Part shown: piece by piece, positions 1 to 8,830 of the stretch
Numbering within the stretch: position 1 is the stretch's first letter
Layout of the letters: each line of letters begins with the position of its first letter
DNA from: Candidatus Woesearchaeota archaeon
Lineage (GTDB): Archaea; Nanobdellota; Nanobdellia; Pacearchaeales; GW2011-AR1
Direction: 5' to 3'
DNA: 64,000 bases
Assembly (NCBI GenBank): GCA_964621025.1
Contig: CAZUKQ010000002.1
Span: forward strand, 35,292-99,291
The notes under the pieces: model-generated
Told to the model about the DNA's origin: nothing
What the model saw: the letters and a program-made list of their open reading frames with translations, nothing else
Databases searched by the model: none
Translations under genes and position numbers: made by a program

Positions 1-610
1 AGAATTAAATAGGCTTCAGTTTTCTTTTTGTCGTCTAATTTCTTGATTTTTTCTGAAACATACTTTTGCGCTTTTTCCATACTGAATTCTGCTTTGTCTT
101 TTCCTTGTTCGGATAAATTCTTTGCTATGAATTCGCCTTGCTTACTCATATTAATTCTTTCAACAATTCTTCTTAATGCTTCTGGATCTCTTATTGTAGA
201 GGCGTAATAGCTTAGAATAGGATCATTCTTTATTTCTTGACCGTAAAGTTTACCCATTAATCCATAGTCTTTGTTTCTTAATGCTTGATCCATTAATTTA
301 ATCTCGTCAGAAGCTCCGTAAATTAATGAAAGATTAACTAGTTCGTCTTTTCCTAAACTTGAAACAACTCCATCGTAATTTTCTTGAACTGTTTTAACGA
401 GCTTTGATTCTTCATCTTTTTTTGCTATGTCTATCATTCCACCTAATTGCTCAGGAGTTATAATATCTACTAAGTGGCTTCTTCCAGTATTTGCTAAATA
501 TTTTGAGAATTGTGCATATGCTTGACTATACTCACTTGCTTGAGCTAATTGTTCAGTTTGTAAGCCGAAATATTTATCCCCTGATTTTAGTACATCTTCT
601 AATGCCATAA
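1..610 (-). CDS. hypothetical protein (partial; start codon at 610, C-terminus runs off the window start)
   Basis: Continuous minus-strand reading frame from ATG at 610 (MALEDVLKSGDKYFG...) to position 1 with no stop. Absent from the ORF track because it is truncated. No recognisable motif. Confidence 0.45.
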
Positions 611-693
611 TTATTGTATGTCAAAATAGTTTATAAACCTTTCGATATTGTTGTATCTTATAAGTGGTTACAAATAGTAAGATTTAAATAACT

Positions 694-1992
694 ATGTTTA
701 TTCAAATTAGTATGACTGATACTCAACAGAATTATAGGACTTACAAGCTACAAAATGGATTAGTTCTGGCTTTCCAAAATACGCCTACTAAAACTATTTC
801 TGCGAAGTTAAATGTAAATTATGGTGCTTTACATGAGAAAGAGGGAGAAGAGGGCATGGCTCATTTTTTAGAACATTGTTTAGTTACAGGGGGAAATAAA
901 AAATATAATCTTTCTCATGCAGATAGAATCAGAGGATCCTTTGGTTATGTAAATGCTCAAACAAACGTAGCTAGAACTTCTTTTTTAGGAGGGATGCTAA
1001 CTGAAGATCTTGAAAAATGGTTAGATTTTTTTTCACAGCAAGTTTTTAATCCGTTATTTGAAGAGAGCAGAGTAAATGGTGAGAGAGCAAGAGTTTTAAG
1101 AGAAATTGCAGATGATAGAAGTAGTTCCAGTTATTTTATAGCCGGAGAATTCGATAGGGCATTTTATAGAGAGCACCCAGCGGGAAAAAATGTTCTTGGA
1201 AAAGAAGAAGTAGTAATTTCTACAAAAATTGAAAAATTGAAAAAGTTTCATGAGAGAGGTTTTCATCCAAACAATATGGACCTCTTATTAGTAGGAGGAT
1301 TACCCGAAAATTTAGAACAAATAATTGAAAGATATTTTGCAATTTTGCCTGCTGGAGAGAATATGAGGGCCGTTTTTCCGCAATTACCTGATTTAACAGA
1401 AAAGATTATTTTGCATAGGTCTTTTAAGGATTTATTAAATAAAGAAAGAATTGAAAATAGTTCTGCTCAAATTGGAATAACTAGTATTGCCTGTTCAGAA
1501 AGTAATAAAGATACTTATGCTTTAGGGATATTGGCCCATGTTCTTGGAGGAGATGCTTCTTCTAGACTATTTCAAGTTTTAGGTTTAGAAAAGGGTTTGG
1601 CATATGATGCAGGTACTCGTTATAAGGGTAATCACAATGCCATGGCTATTCAAACTTACGCAAAAGTTCCTGCAGGAAGAATAGAAGAGGCAGTTTTAAC
1701 AATTTTTGAAGAAATGCAGAAATTGAAAACTGAAAAAATTGATGAGCCCTATATGGATCGAATTAAAAAACTTGTAGCTTATGGGGTTGCAAAAGAAGTT
1801 GATTCTAATGAAAATCTTTTAGTATCTTTAGAAAGTCAGTTAGCCGGGGGGAAAAGTCCTGAAGAAAAATTAGAAAGATATAATAAAGTTACTTCTGACG
1901 AAGTTTTAGAGGCAGCACAAAGATATTTACCTGACCGAGAAACTGGAAAATATATTCTATCAATAAAAGATCCTTTATTAAAATCAGATTAA
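694..1992 (+). CDS. M16-family (pitrilysin/insulinase-like) zinc peptidase
   Basis: Inverted zincin motif HFLEHC (HxxEH) near the N-terminus. 432 aa is typical for an M16 subunit. Confidence 0.8.
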   Translation: MFIQISMTDTQQNYRTYKLQNGLVLAFQNTPTKTISAKLNVNYGALHEKEGEEGMAHFLEHCLVTGGNKKYNLSHADRIRGSFGYVNAQTNVARTSFLGGMLTEDLEKWLDFFSQQVFNPLFEESRVNGERARVLREIADDRSSSSYFIAGEFDRAFYREHPAGKNVLGKEEVVISTKIEKLKKFHERGFHPNNMDLLLVGGLPENLEQIIERYFAILPAGENMRAVFPQLPDLTEKIILHRSFKDLLNKERIENSSAQIGITSIACSESNKDTYALGILAHVLGGDASSRLFQVLGLEKGLAYDAGTRYKGNHNAMAIQTYAKVPAGRIEEAVLTIFEEMQKLKTEKIDEPYMDRIKKLVAYGVAKEVDSNENLLVSLESQLAGGKSPEEKLERYNKVTSDEVLEAAQRYLPDRETGKYILSIKDPLLKSD

Positions 1993-2007
1993 ACAAAAAC
2001 TAAAAAT

Positions 2008-2622
2008 TTATTTTTCTAAAGATTTTCTGAAAGGAGTTGTTTTCTTTTCGTGCTTTACTGCTGTAGAATGTTTTGCTGCTTTATTAGCTTGTTTCTGAGC
2101 TTGCTTTCCAGCTTCTTGTGTTGCTTTTTCTTTTTCATTCTCTTCAATTTTTTCTTCTACTGTTTCTTTAGCTTTGTGTTCGTGCTTAGGAGTTTCAACT
2201 GGAGTTGCATGTCTCTTTTTGTCTTTAGCCATCAAGAATTTTACATGGTCTGGAACATCAGCTAGTTCAGCGTAGACAATTCCGTCTCTTTTAACAGCTT
2301 TAACTTTGATAGATTTTGGAGGGTGTTTAATTCCTCTGAACCAAACTTCATTGTTAAGGTAAATGTTAACTCTAACTTTTCTTATGTCTCTGTTTTCAAC
2401 TTTCATGTGTTTAGCTAAGAAAATTTTGATTGTCTTTACAGCTTTTTTTGCTCTTCCGAACTTAGGCGATTTGATGAATTCTCTTCTTAAAGGAATTACA
2501 TATTCTCTTTCTAGTTCAACTTTAGCTTCTTTCTCTACATTTTTTGTCTCTTTAGCTACAGCTGGTTTTGATTTTTTAGTTTCCTCAACTTTCTCTTCTT
2601 GTTTGATTGTTTCGTCTACCAT
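2008..2622 (-). CDS. rpl31e: ribosomal protein L31e with long Lys/Glu-rich N- and C-terminal extensions
   Basis: The core EYVIPLRR...VRVNIYLNNEVWFRGIKHPPKSIKVKAVKRDG matches the L31e family. At 204 aa it is about twice the usual L31e length. Confidence 0.8.
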   Translation of the reverse strand: MVDETIKQEEKVEETKKSKPAVAKETKNVEKEAKVELEREYVIPLRREFIKSPKFGRAKKAVKTIKIFLAKHMKVENRDIRKVRVNIYLNNEVWFRGIKHPPKSIKVKAVKRDGIVYAELADVPDHVKFLMAKDKKRHATPVETPKHEHKAKETVEEKIEENEKEKATQEAGKQAQKQANKAAKHSTAVKHEKKTTPFRKSLEK

Positions 2623-2626
2623 ATTT

Positions 2627-2854
2627 TTAACCTAAGAAATTCTTTTTAATTCTCCTTGGTTTAATTTTTAACTTTCTAGTTCTCCAACTTCTCTTCACAT
2701 GAGTCATTGCAGAAGGATGTACTGATTTTCCTTTTCCGTATTTTTTCATAACTGCCCAGTATGGAGCCCACTTTGTTTGTTTACCAGCTTTCTCTAAATG
2801 TCTTTTCTTAGATTTTCTATTTCCTTGACCTCGCTTTCCACATAATCTTGTCAT
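2627..2854 (-). CDS. rpl39e: ribosomal protein L39e
   Basis: Very basic 75-aa protein (KKRHLEK...KRSWRTRKLKIKPRRIKK) in the conserved archaeal S19e-L39e-L31e neighbourhood. Confidence 0.75.
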   Translation of the reverse strand: MTRLCGKRGQGNRKSKKRHLEKAGKQTKWAPYWAVMKKYGKGKSVHPSAMTHVKRSWRTRKLKIKPRRIKKNFLG

Positions 2855-3279
2855 TATTCTTTGTCTCCTAGTTTAATTGAATCTAAAAATTTTCTTCCTT
2901 TTTCTGTTAGTCTTCTTCCGTGTTGCATGTTTGTAACTTTTTCTACTAAGCCTGCTGCTTCACTTTGTTGAAGGATAACTCTAATCATTTTACCAGAAGC
3001 TTTCATGAATTTGTCTTTTCTTGCTCCTCTGTTTTTTCTGCTACCATATCTTGTTCTTAATTTTCCAACACCAACAACACCTTGGATGTAAAGTTGTCTT
3101 AAAACAGAAGCTGTTCTAACATACCAGAAGTCTGGGTCAGCAGGAACTCTTTCTTTTGAAACACCTGATTTTACTAAGCCTACCCATTCAGGTGCTTTCA
3201 ATTCTTTTACTCCTTTTAATGCTTCAGCTAGAGCAGCGTTAAATTGCTGTGGATCTTGTGTATGTACTATTCTTGCCAT
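2854..3279 (-). CDS. rps19e: ribosomal protein S19e
   Basis: PDFWYVRTASVLRQLYIQGVVGVGKLRTRYG is the characteristic S19e signature. Its stop and the L39e start abut at 2854. Confidence 0.9.
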   Translation of the reverse strand: MARIVHTQDPQQFNAALAEALKGVKELKAPEWVGLVKSGVSKERVPADPDFWYVRTASVLRQLYIQGVVGVGKLRTRYGSRKNRGARKDKFMKASGKMIRVILQQSEAAGLVEKVTNMQHGRRLTEKGRKFLDSIKLGDKE

Positions 3280-3378
3280 GTTTATGTTTTGGGCGCATCT
3301 TACGATGCTAAATTGTCAACTCTTGCGAGGACTCTTAACCTTGTATTATACTAGAATTTCGGTTTATAAAGGTTTTGA

Positions 3379-3714
3379 TTAAATTTCTATTAGGATTATG
3401 CTAACAACTCCTAGACAGATCCCTATTTTGTTCGTTAATGTCAAATTTTCATTGAAGTAAAGAACTCCGACTAAAACAACGACTATTAAATTGAGAATTG
3501 TTAGGAGAGATATTGCTTTTGAAAGGTCGCCGTATTTTATAGATAATGCCCAAAAGATTGTACCAAGTGTGTAAATTATAAATCCAATAATCAAAATTGC
3601 ACTTTTTCCATTTATACTCCATTTCTTGAAGAAAATGTCTCCCGTTATTTCTAAGGCAGTTGCTAAAATAATTAGTCCAAAGAAAATTAATTTGAGCATT
3701 GTTTCAGAGGCCAT
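3379..3714 (-). CDS. small 4-TM membrane protein (EamA/SMR-like)
   Basis: 111 aa, four hydrophobic helices. Resembles half of an EamA/DMT transporter. Assignment by hydropathy and general similarity only. Confidence 0.45.
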   Translation of the reverse strand: MASETMLKLIFFGLIILATALEITGDIFFKKWSINGKSAILIIGFIIYTLGTIFWALSIKYGDLSKAISLLTILNLIVVVLVGVLYFNENLTLTNKIGICLGVVSIILIEI

Positions 3715-3792
3715 TTAAAGAATAACTTGTGGAGATTATTAAATGTTTTCAAATTCGCAAAATTTATAAAGGAATGTTTACTATAGTAAACA

Positions 3793-4158
3793 ATGTACTC
3801 TCTACCTCAAGAAATCGAAGTCTGGTATATCATTCCGATGATAAGAAAAACTCTAGCGAAGCATCTGGTAGAGGATTACAAGTTGAGTTATGAAAAGACA
3901 GGTAACATTTTAGGAATCAGCAAGGCTGCGGTTTCTCAATACATGAATAATAAGAGAGCAAATAAAATAAAACTTTCTGCAGAAGTTCAAGCGGAAATAA
4001 AAAAATCCGCAAAAATTCTTCATGAAAATCCTCGAATGGCTGTGATGGAAATTGAAAGAATTTTAACCTTAATGAAAACTAAAAAATGTTCGTGTGATGT
4101 TTGCAAGAAATACAACAAAGACGTTTTGAATTATTGCAACTGCGAACCAAAATACTAA
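3793..4158 (+). CDS. HTH transcriptional regulator with C-terminal cysteine cluster (candidate Fe-S sensing regulator of iscSU)
   Basis: HTH-like segment TGNILGISKAAVSQYMNNKR. C-terminus CSCDVCKKYNKDVLNYCNC carries six Cys. Its stop overlaps the iscS start (TAATG at 4156-4160). Confidence 0.55.
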   Translation: MYSLPQEIEVWYIIPMIRKTLAKHLVEDYKLSYEKTGNILGISKAAVSQYMNNKRANKIKLSAEVQAEIKKSAKILHENPRMAVMEIERILTLMKTKKCSCDVCKKYNKDVLNYCNCEPKY

Positions 4159-5291
4159 TGAACAAAATTTATTTAGATAACGCGTCTACAACACCTATCA
4201 ATTCTAAAGTGTTGAAGGTCATGAATGATGTTTCTAGTAAATATTTTGCAAATCCCTCTTCACAACACACTCTCGGAAAAGAAGTTAGAGCTAAATTGGA
4301 AAAAGCAAGAGAAGAACTTGCGCATTTTATCGGAGCTGATGCGAGTGACATTTATTTTACATCTGGAGGAACAGAAAGTAATAATCTTGCGTTGAAAGGT
4401 TTAGCTTTGGCGAACCCGGATAAGAAACATATTATCACTTCTAAAATTGAACATCCTTGTATCTTGGAAAGTTGTATGGCCTTAGAAAAACAAGGTTACA
4501 AAATAACTTACATTGGTGTAAATTCCGAAGGATTAGTTAATTTGAAAGAATTAGAAAATAGTATTTCTGATAAAACTTTAGTTGTTTCTATTATGTTTGT
4601 AAATAATGAGATAGGTGTAATACAAGATATAAAAAAGATTTCTGAAATTTGTAAAAGGAAAGGAGTTTACTTTCACACCGACGCCGTTCAGGCTTTTGGA
4701 AAGTTAGATATTAAGGTAGACAATTTAGGTGTAGATTTACTTTCTGTTTCAGGGCACAAGATAAACGCACCAAAAGGAATTGGTTTTCTTTATGTTAGAA
4801 AAGGAACTCAGATTAGTTCTATTATGAATGGTGGCGGGCAAGAAAGAAGACTAAGAAGTGGAACCGAAAATGTTGTCGGAGCTATTGCAATGGCTGAAGC
4901 AATTAAAATAAAAAGAAATACTGAGAAAATAAAGAAATCTAGAGACAACATAATTTCTGTTTTGAAAGAAATTAAAAAAGTCAGTATAAATGGTTCTTTA
5001 ACTTCTAGAATTTACAATAACATCAATGTTTCTTTTTATGGAATAGAAGGAGAGAGTTTAATGCTTTTACTCGACGGAGATGGAATATTTGTCTCAACGG
5101 GTTCTGCTTGTAATTCTACAAAACTTGAAGAGAGTCATGTTTTGAAATCTATTGGAGTAGATGAAACTTACATAAATGGAAGTATAAGAATTACTTTGGA
5201 TGTTTTAACTAAGCAAGAAGAAGATTTTATAATCTCAAAAATAAATGAACATGTAAGCCGACTAAGACAAATTAGTCCTTTCAAAATTTAA
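4158..5291 (+). CDS. iscS: cysteine desulfurase (class V aminotransferase, IscS/NifS)
   Basis: PLP-lysine motif SGHKINAPKGIGFLYVRKG plus an N-terminal LDNASTTP and C-terminal GSAC region. The start is reassigned to ATG 4158 (MNKIYLDNASTTP); the track start at 4101 overlaps the upstream gene. Confidence 0.9.
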   Translation: MNKIYLDNASTTPINSKVLKVMNDVSSKYFANPSSQHTLGKEVRAKLEKAREELAHFIGADASDIYFTSGGTESNNLALKGLALANPDKKHIITSKIEHPCILESCMALEKQGYKITYIGVNSEGLVNLKELENSISDKTLVVSIMFVNNEIGVIQDIKKISEICKRKGVYFHTDAVQAFGKLDIKVDNLGVDLLSVSGHKINAPKGIGFLYVRKGTQISSIMNGGGQERRLRSGTENVVGAIAMAEAIKIKRNTEKIKKSRDNIISVLKEIKKVSINGSLTSRIYNNINVSFYGIEGESLMLLLDGDGIFVSTGSACNSTKLEESHVLKSIGVDETYINGSIRITLDVLTKQEEDFIISKINEHVSRLRQISPFKI

Positions 5292-5292
5292 A

Positions 5293-5535
5293 ATGAAAAA
5301 GAAAACTGTGAAGAAAATAAAGAAAGATATGACTTTTTATGAATTGATTGAGTCTAATCCTGATGCTGCTAGAAAGTTAGCTGAGCGAGGAATGTTCTGT
5401 GGTGGTTGCCCTATGGCGATGATGGAAACTGTTGAACAGGGCGCAATGGCTCATGGTGTCGATGTTGATGATTTAATGAGTGAGTTGAACGCTAAGAAAA
5501 AAGCAATTTCTAAGAAAAAAGATAGGAAAAAATAA
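5293..5535 (+). CDS. DUF1858-like redox-disulfide small protein
   Basis: MFCGGCPMAMMETVEQGAMAHG motif typical of the hybrid-cluster-protein-associated disulfide domain. Sits between iscS and iscU. Confidence 0.5.
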   Translation: MKKKTVKKIKKDMTFYELIESNPDAARKLAERGMFCGGCPMAMMETVEQGAMAHGVDVDDLMSELNAKKKAISKKKDRKK

Positions 5536-6287
5536 TGGGAAATACAGATTATAACAAAAGCGTGTTGGAACATTTCAGAAATCCACAAAATATGGGGGAG
5601 ATAAAAAATCCTTCTGCTGTTGGGAAAGTTGGGAATCCAAAATGTGGAGATGTTATGCAAATTTATTTAGACATAAAAGATGAGAAAATTAAAAATATAA
5701 AATTTCAGACGATGGGTTGTGCTGCAGCAATAGCAACTTCGTCTATGTTAACTGTTTTGGCCAAAGGTAAAAGTTTGAAAGATGCTAAGAAAATCACAAA
5801 TCTTGATGTTGCAAAAGCTCTTGGAGATTTGCCGCCAATTAAAGTTCATTGTTCGAATTTGGCTGCCGATGCTTTGCAGGAAGCTATTAAGAATTACGAA
5901 AAAAAAGATAAAAAAGTTGAAACTAGTAAATATCGAACTTTTGTTTGTTCTTCTGGTAAAAAATTGATTGCAGGAAAAGATTCAAATCAGAATGATGAAG
6001 TTGTTGCAATGGCAAAACCAAACGACACACTTCTACATACTGCTGCGGCTGGAAGCCCCTTTTGTAACGTCGGTGAAAATTCAACTAAAGAAGAAATTAG
6101 CGAAGCTGCAATTTTCACGGCCTCAAAGAGTAAGGTCTGGAGAGATTCAAAGAAAGATGTTATAATGCACATATTTAAGAAGAAAGATGTTTACAAAGAT
6201 AAGACAATGAAGGAAGGAACTTGGGGCGTGAAAAAGTTCTATGAAATCAAAGTCAAGAAATCGGAGATAGAAAAATGCAAGCAATAA
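5535..6287 (+). CDS. iscU: Fe-S cluster scaffold IscU/NifU-like fused to a C-terminal DUF814 (NFACT-R_1)-like domain
   Basis: N-terminal half has the three IscU cysteines (NPKCGD, GCAAAIATSS, HCSNLAADA). C-terminal half (KLIAGKDSNQNDEVV...DTLLHTAAAGSPFCNV...EAAIFTASKSKVW...) follows the DUF814 pattern vGrna.eNd...D.wfH..d.pGSH / AA..aa.ySka. Confidence 0.75.
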   Translation: MGNTDYNKSVLEHFRNPQNMGEIKNPSAVGKVGNPKCGDVMQIYLDIKDEKIKNIKFQTMGCAAAIATSSMLTVLAKGKSLKDAKKITNLDVAKALGDLPPIKVHCSNLAADALQEAIKNYEKKDKKVETSKYRTFVCSSGKKLIAGKDSNQNDEVVAMAKPNDTLLHTAAAGSPFCNVGENSTKEEISEAAIFTASKSKVWRDSKKDVIMHIFKKKDVYKDKTMKEGTWGVKKFYEIKVKKSEIEKCKQ

Positions 6288-6520
6288 AAAAATTACAAAT
6301 TGGAAAGAAAGGTCTTACTCCTGAGTTCGCTGAACAGTTGAGAAGAATTTTCGAGAATGAACAAATGTTGAAAGTTGCAATTCTGAAGTCGGCTTGTAGA
6401 GATAAAAAAGAAGCAACTAAGATGGCTGACGAACTTTTGGAAATGTTAGGAAGAAATTATACTTACAGATTAGTGGGTTATACTTTAACAATTAGAAAAT
6501 GGCGAAAGCCAATGAGATAA
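6275..6520 (+). CDS. YhbY/CRS1 (CRM-domain) RNA-binding protein
   Basis: GKKGLTPEFAEQLRRIFENEQMLKVAILKS...YRLVGYTLTIRK follows the YhbY pattern G.nGLT......i...l..hELiKVk... Confidence 0.65.
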   Translation: MQAIKKLQIGKKGLTPEFAEQLRRIFENEQMLKVAILKSACRDKKEATKMADELLEMLGRNYTYRLVGYTLTIRKWRKPMR

Positions 6521-6543
6521 TTCTTCAAGAATTTAAGTCATAA

Positions 6544-6732
6544 TTAGTTAGACACTTTGATTGCGTCAACTGGACAGGCAGATTCAGCATCTTTTTCGCA
6601 AGTCAATTTTTCAACTGTCTTTTTGACAGGTTCTGCTTTTCCGTCTTTCATCGTGAAAGATTTTGGACAGATTGCATTACAACTACCGCAACCGATGCAC
6701 TTCTTTTTGTCTACGCTTATTTTGAAAACCAT
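6544..6732 (-). CDS. 4Fe-4S ferredoxin
   Basis: CIGCGSCNAICP and a second Cys cluster (C...ACP) in 62 aa. Confidence 0.8.
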   Translation of the reverse strand: MVFKISVDKKKCIGCGSCNAICPKSFTMKDGKAEPVKKTVEKLTCEKDAESACPVDAIKVSN

Positions 6733-6859
6733 TATTATACCTCTAATTATTTATAATAAATTGTTTTTATATAGTTTACTAAAAAGATTTATACCAATTC
6801 TTGGCACGAGAGATTTTAGTTGGAGATAAATTTAAATAGGTGTTTTAATTTAAGTAATT

Positions 6860-7411
6860 ATGAATTGGTTAATAATCACAATAGTTTTGATAGTAATCGT
6901 TGCTTTAGTTTTCTTTAGTTATTACAATAGATTTGTGACTTTGCGAAACAGAATCGAGAATTCTATGGCTCAAATTAACGTTCAATTGAAAAAGAGAGCG
7001 GATTTGGTTCCAAATCTATTGGAGTCGGTTAAAGGTTATATGAAACACGAGAAGGCAGTTATAACAGAAGTTACTAACGCAAGAAAAGAATTGGTTGGTG
7101 CTAAAACTTTAGGTAAGAAGATGGCTGCAGGTAACAAATTGCAAGCGGCATTAGGTTCAATCTTTGCTATCGCTGAAGGATACCCAAACTTAAAGGCAAA
7201 TGAGAATTTCTTACAATTGCAACAAGAGATGTCTGCTATTGAGGACAAAGTTGCTTATTCAAGACAATACTACAACGATAACATTATGACATTCAATACT
7301 ATGACTCAGACAATTCCAGGAATCTGGTTTGCTAAAATGTATGGCTTTGCAGGAAAAACTTATTTAGAAATTTCCGAAGCTGAAAAGAAGATGCCTCAAG
7401 TTAAATTTTAG
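6860..7411 (+). CDS. lemA: LemA family protein
   Basis: N-terminal TM helix followed by YNRFVTLRNRIENSMAQINVQLKKRADLVPNLLE and a GYPNLKANENFLQLQ region, characteristic of LemA. Confidence 0.8.
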   Translation: MNWLIITIVLIVIVALVFFSYYNRFVTLRNRIENSMAQINVQLKKRADLVPNLLESVKGYMKHEKAVITEVTNARKELVGAKTLGKKMAAGNKLQAALGSIFAIAEGYPNLKANENFLQLQQEMSAIEDKVAYSRQYYNDNIMTFNTMTQTIPGIWFAKMYGFAGKTYLEISEAEKKMPQVKF

Positions 7412-7531
7412 TCATATATTTTAATATATATTTTAGATTGACTATGTTTTAATAGTATGTATTGCGATGTATATCTTGTAGTATATAAGTTGATTTATGG
7501 GCTACTTTATAAATTCAAAAGAGTTTAGTTT

Positions 7532-7873
7532 ATGATGGTAGATTATGTCGATAAAGAGGGGTTTCCTTTAAGTAGCGAGTCTTTTTACAAAGTTTATCCC
7601 TATACTTCTCCACATATTTTTAATGGACTAACCTCTGATGGTCTCATGGCAAAATTTGCTAATTTTCAAGGAGAAGAAGATGTTTTAGTTCCTGAAAAAG
7701 TTGCAATTCATGTTAGAGTTTATGAACCTGAAGAACTTAAAGATTTTCTTGATAGTTTTCTTAAATCAATAGATAATTCTCAGGACCTTCAAAATACTCA
7801 AGAAATTACTAGGATGGGTAAGAGTTTGTGTAGTTTTATTAGAGAGTCTGGAAGGCATTGTAAACAGAGATAG
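7532..7873 (+). CDS. hypothetical protein
   Basis: 113-aa ORF between lemA and htpX. No recognisable motif. Confidence 0.35.
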   Translation: MMVDYVDKEGFPLSSESFYKVYPYTSPHIFNGLTSDGLMAKFANFQGEEDVLVPEKVAIHVRVYEPEELKDFLDSFLKSIDNSQDLQNTQEITRMGKSLCSFIRESGRHCKQR

Positions 7874-7907
7874 ATACAAATAAAAACTAAATTTTCTTAT
7901 AAAAATT

Positions 7908-8798
7908 ATGGGTGAACGAATATCTTTTTACGAGGAAATAGCAAGGAACAAGAGAAGTTCGTACTTTTTGATTAGTGTAGTTTTCTTTGTTCTACTTTTG
8001 TTAGTTTATGTTATTGCGTTGATTGTAGGTGGAGATTATTTCTTTATGATTCTTTTCTTCGGAACAATCATCTCAATTATTTATGTTGTTGGAGGATATT
8101 ATAATTCAGATAAGCTGGCGCTTGCCTCTGTAAACGCTAAAGCAGCAGATGGAAGAGAATTTAAGCAATTTCACGATATAGTTGAAGGTTTATGTTTGGC
8201 GTCTGGTTTGCCTAAGCCCCGATTGTATATTATGGATGATGCGCAGATAAATGCTTTCGCTTCGGGAAGAGACCCTCAGCATGCAGTAATTTGTGTTACA
8301 AAAGGTTGCCTAGAGAAATTGAACAAACAAGAATTGGAAGGAGTTTTAGCTCACGAGTTAAGCCATATTGCTAATTATGATATTAAGTTTATGACTTTGA
8401 CGGCAGTTTTGGTTGGTATGATTTCGATGATTGCTCAAATATTTCTAAGAAGTTTGTTCTGGGGTTCGTTTGGAAATGATGATCGAGATGGAAGATCAAA
8501 AATAATTTTCTTTGTTGTAGGAATTGTTCTTGCAATTTTAGCTCCAATTGTCGTCGCTCTAGTTCAGTTGGCAATTTCACGAAAGAGAGAATATGCAGCT
8601 GACTCTTCGGCAGTGAAGTTTGTTAGAAGTCCAACTGGTTTAATTGGTGCTTTACAAAAGATAAAGTCTAATCAGCCTTCCAAAAGAGTTTCCGGAGCTG
8701 TTGCACCGTTGTTTATTGCTAAGCCAGGTAAAGAAAAAGAATTATTCCAGACACATCCTTCATTGGATAAGAGAATTGCTAAGTTGAAGCTGATGTAA
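7908..8798 (+). CDS. htpX: HtpX-like M48 zinc metalloprotease
   Basis: HEXXH motif (AHELSHIANYD) flanked by TM helices. The LemA-HtpX pairing is a known conserved neighbourhood. Confidence 0.85.
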   Translation: MGERISFYEEIARNKRSSYFLISVVFFVLLLLVYVIALIVGGDYFFMILFFGTIISIIYVVGGYYNSDKLALASVNAKAADGREFKQFHDIVEGLCLASGLPKPRLYIMDDAQINAFASGRDPQHAVICVTKGCLEKLNKQELEGVLAHELSHIANYDIKFMTLTAVLVGMISMIAQIFLRSLFWGSFGNDDRDGRSKIIFFVVGIVLAILAPIVVALVQLAISRKREYAADSSAVKFVRSPTGLIGALQKIKSNQPSKRVSGAVAPLFIAKPGKEKELFQTHPSLDKRIAKLKLM

Positions 8799-8830
8799 AC
8801 CTTTTTAAATAAAAATCACTTTAATGAAAT

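Noticed and set aside
2050-2635. Track ORFs 2050..2265 and 2363..2635 (+), Cys/Phe/Leu-rich low-complexity translations
   Set aside because: They lie antisense inside the L31e gene. The composition is typical of reverse-frame artefacts of K/E-rich genes.
3280-3378. Possible small RNA or TATA box in the S19e upstream intergenic region (TTTATAAA at about 3363)
   Set aside because: The TATA-like element is about 85 nt from the S19e start, which is too far for a typical archaeal core promoter. No convincing fold.
4101-4157. Upstream extension of the iscS ORF (track start 4101)
   Set aside because: It overlaps the HTH gene in another frame. The canonical desulfurase N-terminus begins at ATG 4158.
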